From positions 1-35,454 of IMG/VR virus record IMGVR_UViG_3300050150_000054: a stretch of DNA of 35,454 nt. One strand, written 5' to 3'. Source of the DNA: a virus (taxonomy: Duplodnaviria > Caudoviricetes). Of this stretch, positions 16,264-26,580 are shown in pieces. Under the pieces are notes generated by a model. The model searched no databases, was not told the origin of the DNA, and saw only the letters and a list, made by a program, of their open reading frames with translations. The position numbers and the translations under genes are program-made. Numbering within the stretch: the stretch's first letter is position 1; each line of letters begins with the position of its first letter.

Positions 16264-17660
16264 TTTAAATAACTTCCAACAATCGCAACTTTTACAGGGT
16301 CAGTAACGCTGATTTTGAAAGTCATTTGATCTGCTATTCCTAATCTGCGAAACGTAACATTTGTCAAGTATTTACCAACTACGCCTATTGGGGCAGTGTA
16401 GCTATCCGACCATGTTCGTGCGCCATCAGTACTTAGCTGCAAGGAAACAAGAGGATTTTCACCCTGTCCTGATTGTAGGCCGACCCCTGTTTCAAAGCCG
16501 ATTTGGAGTTGACTAAATTTAAGCTTTTCACCCTCATCGGATATATGCGTATAAACACGCTGTCTTAAAATAGCTTCTCCATTATCACTATACACATTTT
16601 GAGATAATTTGTAAATATTTCCGTTACGTCTATCACCGATTAAATGAAACCCAAAAGCGAAAGTAATTGAATTAGCAATATGAGGCTCTAAGTCACCTTG
16701 ATTGTTTAAATATGATCTTTCGTGCCATAAATTAGTTGCCACATCATAAACCAGCGAAGTTTCTAATCCTCCACCAGTCAACATATAAAATTCATGGCCT
16801 TCTTCTTGATAAATTAAAGCCCTAATTTTAGATTTATTTGTAGCTTTAGATATGGCGTACTCAATAGATTCTGTTGATATTCTTTGAGGACTGAAACCTT
16901 TTGCACGATACACAATACCATAACCGTCTGCGCTTTCACCAAGCCAGAAAACAGAACTTGAAAATTCTTTGGCAGTCAACGGCGCAAGAATACCTACAGT
17001 TAACTCTGCGCCAGATATTTTTTGGAATGGGAATGCGCTGTCACCTGTATTTGTCCATATTTCCGTTGTTTTATTCCCAAACATCCATAATTGGCCTAAT
17101 GCGCGAATGACACGCAAAAGATTATCAGGAGAACTTTCCGCAGTCGCAAAATCTAAAGCCGCCCAACTTGTGCCATCATTTAATGCGGATATATAAAACT
17201 TACCAGATTTGTTTTGATTGACAATAAAATAACCATCGTTATTAGTAACAGCACCAGCAGATGGAAAATCGATATCTGTTATTTGCGCAAAAGCATTTGT
17301 TGAATAAGTGAATATATAACCATTTTCACCATCGCATATCATTAACTGGTCTTTGTTCTCATCAATTGTGACATCGCCAGATGCAGTAAGAATTGTTCCT
17401 CGCAAAGTCGCAACACCAGAAGATTCTACCTCATAAAAATCAACACCAGAAACAACAAACATACGGCCTTTTGTAGATGTGAATGAAGCTCTTATCGGGC
17501 CATTTCCTGCCATTGTAAATATTTCAAACCCAGATGTTCCATATAAAGCCGCCACCTCTTTACCTTGTTCATCAAAAACAGGGAATAAGTTTATCATTCT
17601 CTGCGCGTTAAATGGCAAAGACCTTTGCTCGTATGATGAACCTATAAGCCCTATTTTCAA
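16260..17660 (-). CDS. Tail hub / packaged-DNA stabilisation protein (P22 gp10-like)
   Basis: DGYFI, ATAESSPD and LSTDGARTWS motifs; size and synteny fit. Confidence 0.85.
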   Translation of the reverse strand: MKIGLIGSSYEQRSLPFNAQRMINLFPVFDEQGKEVAALYGTSGFEIFTMAGNGPIRASFTSTKGRMFVVSGVDFYEVESSGVATLRGTILTASGDVTIDENKDQLMICDGENGYIFTYSTNAFAQITDIDFPSAGAVTNNDGYFIVNQNKSGKFYISALNDGTSWAALDFATAESSPDNLLRVIRALGQLWMFGNKTTEIWTNTGDSAFPFQKISGAELTVGILAPLTAKEFSSSVFWLGESADGYGIVYRAKGFSPQRISTESIEYAISKATNKSKIRALIYQEEGHEFYMLTGGGLETSLVYDVATNLWHERSYLNNQGDLEPHIANSITFAFGFHLIGDRRNGNIYKLSQNVYSDNGEAILRQRVYTHISDEGEKLKFSQLQIGFETGVGLQSGQGENPLVSLQLSTDGARTWSDSYTAPIGVVGKYLTNVTFRRLGIADQMTFKISVTDPVKVAIVGSYLK

Positions 17661-18349
17661 TTAAGCCATCCATTTTCAAAACGCCCGACATTTAATCGTT
17701 GCGGCGCATAGTCCATAGTCCTATTTCTCATGATATTAGCACGGACAAGACGCTTGCTTTCTTCTGCGATAGCCGCCACAACAGGATTAACTTGTTGCTC
17801 ATATTCTGGGTAAAGCTCAATAGCAAGGTTATAAATAAGCATTCTTTCCCATCCAGCAGGCAGGATAACGTCAGTGTCTAATGTGAACTCACTTAATTGC
17901 TTTTCAGTTAATAAAAATATTTGATACGTTTTATCAGGGATAGGATATAATCTAAGATTAACTAATGGATGACCGTTATCAGAATTAATATAATAAGGAA
18001 TGCTAATTGTTGATTTTTGACTTATTTGCTCATTATACAATTCATCTTTAATAATAGATAAAGGATAGTCCGTTATACCATCTCTTAAATATGCAGAAAC
18101 AATAAACATGGGTTTATCAGTGTTGAAATCACCGCCAACGCCCATTGTATAAAGCCCATCACTAGGAGAAAGGGTGAACATTTCCCATTGGCGAGCATAA
18201 ATTAACATACTGTCGTTTGCGTATGATGATACAAGAGCATTTAAAGCATCAAGAGCATCATTCGCTTCATCCGAAGATACGGCATTGTTTTTGAAATTAG
18301 CCCCTATCTTAGTAAGAGCTTTAGTTATAATGTCTCTTGCTGTTGTCAT
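17657..18349 (-). CDS. Head-tail adaptor (P22 gp4-like)
   Basis: MTTARDIITKAL..IG...DALDALN and YNLAIEL.PEY. Confidence 0.8.
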   Translation of the reverse strand: MTTARDIITKALTKIGANFKNNAVSSDEANDALDALNALVSSYANDSMLIYARQWEMFTLSPSDGLYTMGVGGDFNTDKPMFIVSAYLRDGITDYPLSIIKDELYNEQISQKSTISIPYYINSDNGHPLVNLRLYPIPDKTYQIFLLTEKQLSEFTLDTDVILPAGWERMLIYNLAIELYPEYEQQVNPVVAAIAEESKRLVRANIMRNRTMDYAPQRLNVGRFENGWLN

Positions 18350-18669
18350 TATCTATCGCCAGTTGTGAATTGAATATAAACTAAACCAGTTCCAGTCGCA
18401 GAATAAACTGATATATGCGACATATTGCTTGACACATTAAATAACTCAACAGCCCCGTCAGGTGTAGCAGTGCCTTGAAATAACGTGCCAGAAACAGGCG
18501 CGGATAAAGTTGATGTTGAAGACGTATCACCCTTAATAATGGCAATACCACCGCATGCATTTAAAATTCGCATTCTTGTAACGCCATTAGGCACTGCATA
18601 AGCTGTAGGAGTTGATGAAACAGTAATTGGAAGAGTAAAATCATTAATATTAACAAACATTTTTATCAC
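18349..18669 (-). CDS. Small beta-rich virion protein (possible capsid decoration); start may be 18660
   Basis: Immediately after the coat gene; Thr/Ser/Val-rich. Confidence 0.55.
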   Translation of the reverse strand: MIKMFVNINDFTLPITVSSTPTAYAVPNGVTRMRILNACGGIAIIKGDTSSTSTLSAPVSGTLFQGTATPDGAVELFNVSSNMSHISVYSATGTGLVYIQFTTGDR

Positions 18670-18691
18670 CTTTTGTTATAGCTAATCAAGC

Positions 18692-18717
18692 GAACGCACC
18701 CCGTAAAGGATGCGTTC
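18692..18717 (-). terminator. Hairpin after the coat gene (leaky terminator or mRNA stabiliser)
   Basis: GAACGCATCCT-TTAC-GGGGTGCGTTC with a weak U-tail. Confidence 0.6.
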
Positions 18718-18723
18718 TATAAA

Positions 18724-19965
18724 TTAGCTAGTTACGCGGCACATATGCTCTGCACGAACAACTGCTGCTCCATACAGAATATCAAGGCGCAATTTTAATT
18801 TATTGCTATCACCATCATAGAATTTAATCGCACGAACAGAGATGCCGTCAACTGTTTCAGTCGCAGATTCAACAACACTTGAGCCTGGGTCAAACAATGG
18901 AACGGATACAAAGCGAATTGCGCTAGGATGGTAAACAAGAGAGTTTGCCAAAACAGATGATGCAGTTGTACCTGTTGAGAATGTCAAAGCGGCGTTATCA
19001 GCAATAGTTGTTGATACGTTCTGACGTGTTCCTGTGAAGTACAAAGCAGGACTGATAGGCAAGGAAGCAATCGCGCCAGCAGATGCCGCAGTCGTCGCAG
19101 TTACTGTAAACTGTTTCAAGTTTGGCAATGTTGCTTTAGTGATTGGGTTAACGTCATAAACGCCAGCAATCGTAAACACAGTACCTTTTGTTAGGTTGTT
19201 AGTGCCAGTGATAGCATCAACAGCCAAAGTAGTAGTACCGTTTGTTGAGACAGCACCGTTAATTAAAACAGATTGAGAAACCGCAGTTCCGTTTGTATGG
19301 GTGTATGCCAAGTTAGATGTCATAAAGTCCATACCAAGAGTGGTTTTACCCAAGTAACCTGTTTTAAATTGGTCAGATACTTGGCTATTTGGCAAAAACA
19401 ATCCTTGTAACGCTGGAATCATGGAAGTATTCACTGACTGGTGAATAACTGCCATCAAATCGTCTTGTGGACAAGCTTGAGCGCGAATACGTTCAGCAGC
19501 TTGCAAGAACACGTTAGAAGTAGCAGGAGAAGTTCCAGCAGTTCCAACTGTCATATAAGCGGCTTGCGTAGCTAGTGTAAGGTTGTAGTTCTCGACATCT
19601 TCTGCCAAACGCTGGGAAGCAGGCATAAGAACGCGTTTTGCCCATGATTTAACAGCGAGGTCTGTTGCCAGCTCTTGACCTGTCAATTCAATGTCAACGC
19701 CTTTCATTTGGTCAACAACCAAAGGTACTTGTTCTTCAGTAACATCTTGCGCCGTGAATGTTTCGCCACTACGAACAGTAAAGCGAGCATTCTTGTTAAT
19801 ATAGATTGTGTTACCAGGTTGAATAGACTTAAAGCCTGCGCCGAAAGTCGTTTCATCTTCTTTATCGATAGACGCTGTAAAACCAATACGGTTTTTTAGC
19901 ATCACTGCACCCATTTTGGCAGCAATGCCAGTGAGTGATTTTACTGTATTAATTGAGTTAGCCAT
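18724..19965 (-). CDS. Major capsid protein, P22 coat family
   Basis: 413 aa; GTVFTIAGVYDVNP and RLDILYG motifs; follows the scaffold. Confidence 0.92.
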   Translation of the reverse strand: MANSINTVKSLTGIAAKMGAVMLKNRIGFTASIDKEDETTFGAGFKSIQPGNTIYINKNARFTVRSGETFTAQDVTEEQVPLVVDQMKGVDIELTGQELATDLAVKSWAKRVLMPASQRLAEDVENYNLTLATQAAYMTVGTAGTSPATSNVFLQAAERIRAQACPQDDLMAVIHQSVNTSMIPALQGLFLPNSQVSDQFKTGYLGKTTLGMDFMTSNLAYTHTNGTAVSQSVLINGAVSTNGTTTLAVDAITGTNNLTKGTVFTIAGVYDVNPITKATLPNLKQFTVTATTAASAGAIASLPISPALYFTGTRQNVSTTIADNAALTFSTGTTASSVLANSLVYHPSAIRFVSVPLFDPGSSVVESATETVDGISVRAIKFYDGDSNKLKLRLDILYGAAVVRAEHMCRVTS

Positions 19966-19982
19966 GATTTAAATTTCCTTTT

Positions 19983-20816
19983 CTAATATTTAAAACCATA
20001 TTTTTTTAAAAGCTCGTCACCCGACATTTCACTTGTATCTTTTGTGGACACGCCACGGCCTGATACAGGATTAATTGGATTAGGAGCGCCAGATACGCGA
20101 TTTAAAGATGGTTTCTTTGTTTGAGCTATCGCTATTTCCATTGCCGCCCGATAAGGTGACATAGTTAATAACGATTCAAGTTTTCCTTCTTTTGCTAGAT
20201 TGTAATATGCTAAACCAGCATCATCAGCTTCTAGGAATGCTTGCTCAATATGTTCAGGGAGTGAGTCCATAATATCAGCATTCATCTCAATAACTTGCAT
20301 GAAATCAGGGATTTCTGCTTTATGAGCTTCAACTTTTTGAGATATTTCGACCTCGCGTTGTTGTACCCATTGTTGTCGTTGAGATTGAACTTGCTGGTCT
20401 TGTTGTGACTTCTGTTGAACAGCTTGTTCCATCTTTATTTTATGTAGTAATTTTGCCTCAAGAAAACTTCCATAATCTTCGAAATCGTCCTCTTTCGGGG
20501 CGTTATTATCAATTTGTGGAGTTTGTTGAGCTTGTGCTTGAGGTTGTCTATATTTAGAAACTTCAGCTTGTAATGCTGCCATGTCGGCACGCATTTTTGC
20601 CAGTTGTTTATCGCGTCTGGAAATCGCGTTTACCGCCTTTTTAGGGAACGGAACATCATCAGCTTCATCATCGGCCTTTTCTGCTTCCTCTTTCGGTTCA
20701 GCTTGCTTTGGCCCTTCTGTTTCTGGCTTTGGTGTTTCGACCTTTGCGGGCGTTTCTGTAACTGGTGTTTCGACTTCATTCATAGAAGCTAATACACCGT
20801 CTAATTCGTCAATCAT
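19983..20816 (-). CDS. Scaffolding protein
   Basis: Acidic/Pro N-terminus, coiled coil, PKEDDFEDY and C-terminal AP.PI.PV; precedes the coat. Confidence 0.85.
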   Translation of the reverse strand: MIDELDGVLASMNEVETPVTETPAKVETPKPETEGPKQAEPKEEAEKADDEADDVPFPKKAVNAISRRDKQLAKMRADMAALQAEVSKYRQPQAQAQQTPQIDNNAPKEDDFEDYGSFLEAKLLHKIKMEQAVQQKSQQDQQVQSQRQQWVQQREVEISQKVEAHKAEIPDFMQVIEMNADIMDSLPEHIEQAFLEADDAGLAYYNLAKEGKLESLLTMSPYRAAMEIAIAQTKKPSLNRVSGAPNPINPVSGRGVSTKDTSEMSGDELLKKYGFKY

Positions 20817-20871
20817 ATCTTACTCCGTTTCAATAACATTTGCAAGTGCATAATGTATTAGGCGGGATTGC

Positions 20872-21258
20872 CTAATTCAGTAAAAGCATTAAAACGGATT
20901 CGTCATCCTGTTCGCGTTTAAATGCTAAATTCATGTAGTAATCAATTTCAGCTTGTCTAATCGCGGCATGTATCTCTTCCGTATCTAAAATATCCAGCGC
21001 ATTAATTTGTCTAACAAGATTAGAAACAATGGCCTTTTTCTGCTGTTGAAATATCGGGGCAGAAGTCGGCTGGTTTTCTTGTAAGTCTATTACCTCAAGA
21101 GTTTCTATATATTTATCTGTTAACTCTTCAGCTTTGTCTTTTTTCTCTTCAGCCCATCCGTTATAATACCAACCCAAAGAGCCTTTTTGAGTTTGCGCTG
21201 TTGGTTGTGGTATTACGCCAGATTGAAACTCATAAGCCGACCATAAAGCTAATAACAT
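20872..21258 (-). CDS. Hypothetical protein (MLLALW... DDESVLMLLL terminus)
   Basis: ORF in the late operon. Confidence 0.7.
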   Translation of the reverse strand: MLLALWSAYEFQSGVIPQPTAQTQKGSLGWYYNGWAEEKKDKAEELTDKYIETLEVIDLQENQPTSAPIFQQQKKAIVSNLVRQINALDILDTEEIHAAIRQAEIDYYMNLAFKREQDDESVLMLLLN

Positions 21259-22473
21259 CTATGTATAACTCGTTGCTACTTTGATTTCATTTGCCGCTAC
21301 TACAGTCGTATCACTATCTGCCATTGCGCCCGTAATTGCTATGGCGATACCAGTACCAAATCTTATTCCGTTCGAGCCGCCGTCAATTTGTACGGTTTGC
21401 CCCGCTGGTACTGTAATAGTAAATGCGGGCACACTCGTTCCAACGGTAGGAGCAACTGCTAAGTTATAGAACTTCACATACCTTGCCGCCGCGTTCACAT
21501 TCGAGCAAATAATAGACCATACAGTCCCAGCACTAGCCTTAATCGCCGCTGCGTTTATTGTTGCCGCAGAGTTAATAAATGATTGTGTAGGGGTTACTGG
21601 TAATTGCGTTGCTCCCGTTACCGTAGCAGTCACCGTTCCAGATACTGGTTGAGTTGCAAAGAACGCTTGAGGCTGTGATTGATAAGAACTAACCGCCAAT
21701 GTTGTTGTTCCCGCCGTGGTCGCAGTTGAAAGTCTCAATCTTAAATACCTAGCTTGTCTTTGTACGTTCCATAGGCCAGCAGCGTTAAATGTAGTAGCGG
21801 ATGCACCCGATGGAGTAAATATAGTGGCAGATACCCAGTTTGAGTTATCATTTGACCATTCAGGAGTTACAACTCCAGTTGTTCCTATTGATGTACATTG
21901 AATAGAGACACCTCTATTCTGGTCAAGGTCAATTGTTAATAGTATTGTGTTAATAGCAATAACACCAGCTACGTTATAAGTTTGTGCCGTTGACGCAGAT
22001 GGAATAACAGACAATGCCGATTGATTAGACGCAAAAGCAACAGGCAAAGAGGCAGCCATTGCCGCCTGTCCTAATGATGGGATTTTTGTGTTAATCGCGC
22101 TTAATGTTGTCTCTGTTGCCGCGCCCGTGGGCAGTGCACTATCGCCAATTGAAACTGCTAATGCGCCACTTGGATTGACTTTAACGTCAACAAAAGAGCC
22201 GCCGCCTGCCGTGCTTTTCCCATGAATAACCGTATTTGAAATAATGCCAATATCACCATCAGCTAGATTGGTTCCTAATGCTTTTGTATCAGCCGTTCCT
22301 AATGCCCCTTGAATTTCAACAGGCAAAGGATTTGAGGATGATACGTCACCATCATTTATACCATCTGCGCCAAGTATCATCTTGACGCGTTGAAACTTTA
22401 CGCCGCCAATATCATCGGCAGCTATAACATCACCAGAAGTGCTAGGCACTGGTAATTGTGTATTATCTGCCAT
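21259..22473 (-). CDS. Thr/Ala/Ser-rich beta-structured putative virion (head appendage) protein
   Basis: MADN...VKFQRVK..GADG...DVS..NPLPV N-terminus; coupled to the portal stop. Confidence 0.6.
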   Translation of the reverse strand: MADNTQLPVPSTSGDVIAADDIGGVKFQRVKMILGADGINDGDVSSSNPLPVEIQGALGTADTKALGTNLADGDIGIISNTVIHGKSTAGGGSFVDVKVNPSGALAVSIGDSALPTGAATETTLSAINTKIPSLGQAAMAASLPVAFASNQSALSVIPSASTAQTYNVAGVIAINTILLTIDLDQNRGVSIQCTSIGTTGVVTPEWSNDNSNWVSATIFTPSGASATTFNAAGLWNVQRQARYLRLRLSTATTAGTTTLAVSSYQSQPQAFFATQPVSGTVTATVTGATQLPVTPTQSFINSAATINAAAIKASAGTVWSIICSNVNAAARYVKFYNLAVAPTVGTSVPAFTITVPAGQTVQIDGGSNGIRFGTGIAIAITGAMADSDTTVVAANEIKVATSYT

Positions 22474-24653
22474 TATACAACCCCTGCAATCTTACCAGTT
22501 TCATCTCTAATCACCTGTTTTGGTTTAGTTAAGGCTTCAATAACGGCTTGATTTCCTTGAGCTTGTGATTGAGCGACCGCCATTAATCCATTGTTAATAG
22601 CTTCAGAGAATTGCGCCATCATCAAAGCTAAAGGGGGAGTTCCACCATTTAAATCACTATCCATCAAAGCCATTTCAGGAGATGCCGCCGCCTTGTTTTC
22701 CATCCGTGTTTTGATTAAATCAGCTTCAATTTCTTTGTTTTTAATGTCCGTGTCAGATTGAGCTTTATATGCTTCAAGTGCTAAGCTATCGCGTTTGATT
22801 GCAATATCTTCTTTTTTAATCTCAATTTCTTGCGCCTTTAAAACAGTTTCAGCTTGCTTGTTTTCAAGTTGTGATTTCAAAGAAACCATTTCTTGTTGCA
22901 TTTGCTGTAGTGCCGCTTGCCCTTGTTGGATAAGCCCTGCCATTTGTTCTTTTTCAGGGTCAACAACTGGTTGTTCATTTTCTTCACGTTCATCAGGTTC
23001 TAAGAACTTAGGGTCAACAACTTTTTTCATCCTATTTGCCATAGCTTGTGCGCCAGCAAAATCTGAATATTTAAAGTATAAATCACCCATAACGGACATC
23101 AATTCAGGGGATGCTGTAAACACCGCTTGCAACGCTTCAACGCTTTCTTGCCTTAATGTTGTATAACTGGCGCCAGTAACTACGCGAACATCATATTTGC
23201 CTTTTGTAAGGTCTATTGTTTCTTTTTGGTCGTCAACCATCTCACCATTAACGCCAATTTGTTTTGGTTCATCTTCTGCGCCAATAATTCTTAATACTCG
23301 TGCAGTATCGTATATTTCAGGAATAGCGCATACAAGAACACGTCCGACATGAGTAATAGCTTTAGACAAGTTATCCGCAAAGTGATAAGTGGCGACATCC
23401 CCCTCTTGTTTACGTTGCGCAATAGCTACACCAGATTGCTCATTAGAGCGCATACCAAGAGATGCGTTGTAAATCCCCATAGTGGCTTTAATATCATCCA
23501 CTGCACCCCTTGACGCATTAACCACACCAGTCGGTATTGTCGGAGGTTCTAATCGTTGTGGCGCACCAATAGGATTGCCGTTAGCGTCTGTAGTTTTATA
23601 ACGCAAGACAGCTGCTTTAGCGGGGTTTGTCCAATCGTCAGTATAATCGTCAACTTGACCTTCAGCAGCCATAATAGGTGCTTGAGGGGCTTTCATTAAA
23701 AGCTCTGTCTCAAGGGATTTCCAATAGTTAAACATTCTCTGCGCGTCTTTAGATTTGCGGATAAGAGAGAAAATATAACGCTTACCATCAATCCAGTTTT
23801 CTTCACCATATACAGGAATAAGTGGAATATATTTGCCAGGGAATGTAGTTTCCTCAAGAATATCTGCACCAGATAGCTTTAAACGCTTTACAACACGTTT
23901 TTTAATCTTGCGAAGTTTTTTAACAAGAGAATCTTCTTTTACTTCATAAGTTTTACCCTTATCATCAACGGATACAGTTTTTTCTGTTTCGTCAATGTAG
24001 AAATGTTCTGCAATAGAAATAAACTCATCGTCATCTTTTGAAACGTCATCACTATCAGATTCAAAGCAAACAGGGTCAAATTTTGGGTATTTCTTTTTAA
24101 ATTCCGACACACGCATTTTCTCGATAATCGTTCCATGCATAGCGTCCGAACCATCAATAGCAAGTGACGCACCATCAATCCAACATGATAATGGATTAAC
24201 AACGCGGCAAATCTTTAACTCTTGGTCAAAACTTTCATCATCAACATAATCATGGTCAACACGAATGAACCCAATAGACTGTTTGACAGAATTAAAAACA
24301 GATGTGTCATAAGCATTGTCGGCAGATGAAGCATATTCAATAGACTTAATCAGCCCTTTATATGTTTCAGCAACTTCTGCCTTACTATCAAATCCGACTG
24401 GAATAACATTAATGGTTGGGGTGTTAATACGAATGTCATTAACAACTTGGTGGACGAATTGACCTAGTTGGTCAATTGTTAATGCTGGACGACCTGAACC
24501 TGTGCGGTTGGCGTAATCTTGTTCATCCCATTGGGCAAAATCATCATCAGACAAAAATTTAGCATCTTCTTTGGCTTTTTTATAAATATCGCCCCAATAT
24601 TCTTTATCAGCTTTAAATTTGTCTTTTGCTATGTTGATAATTTCTTCAGCCAT
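22473..24653 (-). CDS. Portal protein, P22-like
   Basis: 726 aa; QW......R....RPALTI, KDAQRMFNYW, SGVAI..R..EG, GKYDV.V.TG; Gln-rich C-terminal barrel. Confidence 0.93.
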   Translation of the reverse strand: MAEEIINIAKDKFKADKEYWGDIYKKAKEDAKFLSDDDFAQWDEQDYANRTGSGRPALTIDQLGQFVHQVVNDIRINTPTINVIPVGFDSKAEVAETYKGLIKSIEYASSADNAYDTSVFNSVKQSIGFIRVDHDYVDDESFDQELKICRVVNPLSCWIDGASLAIDGSDAMHGTIIEKMRVSEFKKKYPKFDPVCFESDSDDVSKDDDEFISIAEHFYIDETEKTVSVDDKGKTYEVKEDSLVKKLRKIKKRVVKRLKLSGADILEETTFPGKYIPLIPVYGEENWIDGKRYIFSLIRKSKDAQRMFNYWKSLETELLMKAPQAPIMAAEGQVDDYTDDWTNPAKAAVLRYKTTDANGNPIGAPQRLEPPTIPTGVVNASRGAVDDIKATMGIYNASLGMRSNEQSGVAIAQRKQEGDVATYHFADNLSKAITHVGRVLVCAIPEIYDTARVLRIIGAEDEPKQIGVNGEMVDDQKETIDLTKGKYDVRVVTGASYTTLRQESVEALQAVFTASPELMSVMGDLYFKYSDFAGAQAMANRMKKVVDPKFLEPDEREENEQPVVDPEKEQMAGLIQQGQAALQQMQQEMVSLKSQLENKQAETVLKAQEIEIKKEDIAIKRDSLALEAYKAQSDTDIKNKEIEADLIKTRMENKAAASPEMALMDSDLNGGTPPLALMMAQFSEAINNGLMAVAQSQAQGNQAVIEALTKPKQVIRDETGKIAGVV

Positions 24654-24739
24654 ATTAAACCCGATAAAAAGATGTGATATAGCTCTTTAAAAAAGGCCTA
24701 ATAATGCCTGACAAAGCATGGCATACGAAACGCTTTTGT

Positions 24740-24768
24740 ATTATATGCGGTTTTTTTATAATTGTCAA
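24740..24768 (-). promoter_or_regulatory. Perfect sigma70 consensus promoter upstream of portal
   Basis: TTGACA (24768-24763), 17 nt, TATAAT (24745-24740); the -35 box overlaps the terL stop. Confidence 0.88.
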
Positions 24769-26045
24769 ACACCCATATATGAACCGCCAAAACTTTTTTT
24801 AATGGCGAATGATACGGGCTTAACAGCACTATTTCCTTTTAATCTAGAAACCGCATGGCCTAAATATCTAAATGCATCGGAGGCATCAGAAGCCCAATCG
24901 TGTTTTGGTTTGTTTTTAAATATTTTCCTTTCTTCATCCCATTCAAAGCAATAATTTTCCAAAGAAAAAACACCGCCTTTTGTTTTTTCCGAATCAAAAA
25001 CACACATGGGTAATAATTGCCTAACAACCTCAATTCCACCTTCAACGCTTGATACGTCCAAAACTTGATTTTGTATTCCTAACTTTGACAATTGAATAGC
25101 CACGGTATCACCACGTATATTTCCCGCATTTGCGTCATGGGGGAGAAAATGACCGTTTCTTTTATAGTTATATGGTTTTGATTTAATCACACCCGCATAA
25201 TGCCCCAAAGACTCGCCAGACGCTTCGTAATAATCAATAACCCTGCATTCGCGACCTACAATTTGCGCAAACCATATAGTCGTGCTATCACCCCATCCCA
25301 AATCCCATGCGGTAAATACTTCACATGACGGGTCATAAGGTACGCGGGTAATTCTGTTATCTTTTCGCGCCGCATCAATCAACTTGGCATAAATAGCACC
25401 AGAACGGCGAGTGTCTAACTCCCCTTCGTAAACGTGATTGTAGCTTTCTATGTCGGTTTTTTGCAGTATTTCCATTTCTTTACGAAGCGTATCAGGAAAG
25501 AATGGATTGTCGCGCCACGATACTTTTCTAACGATCGCGTCATCTCTTGTTGTTGCTATAAACCGTTGATAAGTTGGATCATTTGCGTTTCTAGGGTTAA
25601 ATACCACCCATATTTCAGACCCCTCTTTACGAATGGTAGGAATTAGCACTTCCCATGAACGACTGCTAATATTCTCTGCTTCCTCGCACCAAACTATATC
25701 AATACCCTCGAAACCTTTAATTTCTGTGATATTATGCTTTAACCCTTTAAATAGAAATTCAGTGCCATTTCGCCTATGCCTGATAGTTGTTTGAAGAATT
25801 TCATATTCATTTTCTAGGTTTTTATCCCTAATAATATCAGACAAAAGCCTATGAACGCTATCTTGAATGGATGTTTGCAATTCCCTTGTGCATAAAATGC
25901 GGGTTTTCTTTTGTATGCCAATGCCCAGCAATGCTAATGCAACAGCGACAGATTTGCCTCCACCCCTGCCACCGTAATACACCTTAAACCGCGACGGCGT
26001 GAATAGGTCTTTATACGCTCTCGGTATTGATAGGTCGAGTATCAA
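24765..26045 (-). CDS. terL: Terminase large subunit (PBSX/Terminase_3-like)
   Basis: YGGRGGGKS, WCEEAE, FNP, AWDLG and HDWASDASDAFRY. Confidence 0.96.
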   Translation of the reverse strand: MILDLSIPRAYKDLFTPSRFKVYYGGRGGGKSVAVALALLGIGIQKKTRILCTRELQTSIQDSVHRLLSDIIRDKNLENEYEILQTTIRHRRNGTEFLFKGLKHNITEIKGFEGIDIVWCEEAENISSRSWEVLIPTIRKEGSEIWVVFNPRNANDPTYQRFIATTRDDAIVRKVSWRDNPFFPDTLRKEMEILQKTDIESYNHVYEGELDTRRSGAIYAKLIDAARKDNRITRVPYDPSCEVFTAWDLGWGDSTTIWFAQIVGRECRVIDYYEASGESLGHYAGVIKSKPYNYKRNGHFLPHDANAGNIRGDTVAIQLSKLGIQNQVLDVSSVEGGIEVVRQLLPMCVFDSEKTKGGVFSLENYCFEWDEERKIFKNKPKHDWASDASDAFRYLGHAVSRLKGNSAVKPVSFAIKKSFGGSYMGV

Positions 26046-26442
26046 TTAAACTAATCCTAACTTCTTGAATGTGTGGGTCAGTCGGTTGCCCGTCTTTGCC
26101 AATAAACGAATTGTCAACCTTATCCGTCCACATCTTTTTGTATTTACCCAAAAGCTCATTAGCCTTTAGGCGGTCGGAGTGTTTATCTTGTTCAGCCGCA
26201 GATTTACGGGTATCAATAATATCCTGTAAAATATCATCAACTTCGATATTTACCTTGCTAAATTTCTCATTTTTAAGTTTTTCAAGGTATTTAACAATAT
26301 TAGGTTTAGTTAGGTTTTCCGATGCTATTTCTGTTGCGGTATTTTCAGAGTAACCAGCACGAATTGCCGATTGAGTTCCGTTAAGGTCTTTGAGATACTC
26401 ATGGCAAAATAGACGTTGTTTATCTGTTAAATCGTCGCCCAC
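26011..26442 (-). CDS. terS: Terminase small subunit
   Basis: LTDKQRLFCHEYLKDLNGTQSAIRAGYS and KANELLGK. Confidence 0.95.
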   Translation of the reverse strand: MGDDLTDKQRLFCHEYLKDLNGTQSAIRAGYSENTATEIASENLTKPNIVKYLEKLKNEKFSKVNIEVDDILQDIIDTRKSAAEQDKHSDRLKANELLGKYKKMWTDKVDNSFIGKDGQPTDPHIQEVRISLIDTRPINTESV

Positions 26443-26449
26443 GTTACGC

Positions 26450-26500
26450 CTATTTCTTCACTGGTTTTTTGCCTGTTGATTTTTTAGTACTGCATCCCAT
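26450..26500 (-). CDS. 16-aa Lys-rich peptide MGCSTKKSTGKKPVKK
   Basis: GGAG RBS at 26509-26512; first ORF of the late operon. Confidence 0.55.
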   Translation of the reverse strand: MGCSTKKSTGKKPVKK

Positions 26501-26514
26501 GATTTAAACTCCGT

Positions 26515-26574
26515 AAAAAAGAAAGCCGCCGCGTATCAAACTTACGAAGGAGAGAAAGAGGCGGCGGGCATATT
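26515..26574 (-). ncRNA. Candidate ~60-nt late-leader RNA / attenuator with an anti-SD loop
   Basis: Promoter upstream, 7-bp GC stem CCGCCGC/GCGGCGG, 28-nt loop containing CUCUCCUUCGU, then CUUUCUUUUUU. Confidence 0.5.
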
Positions 26575-26580
26575 GAGGAT

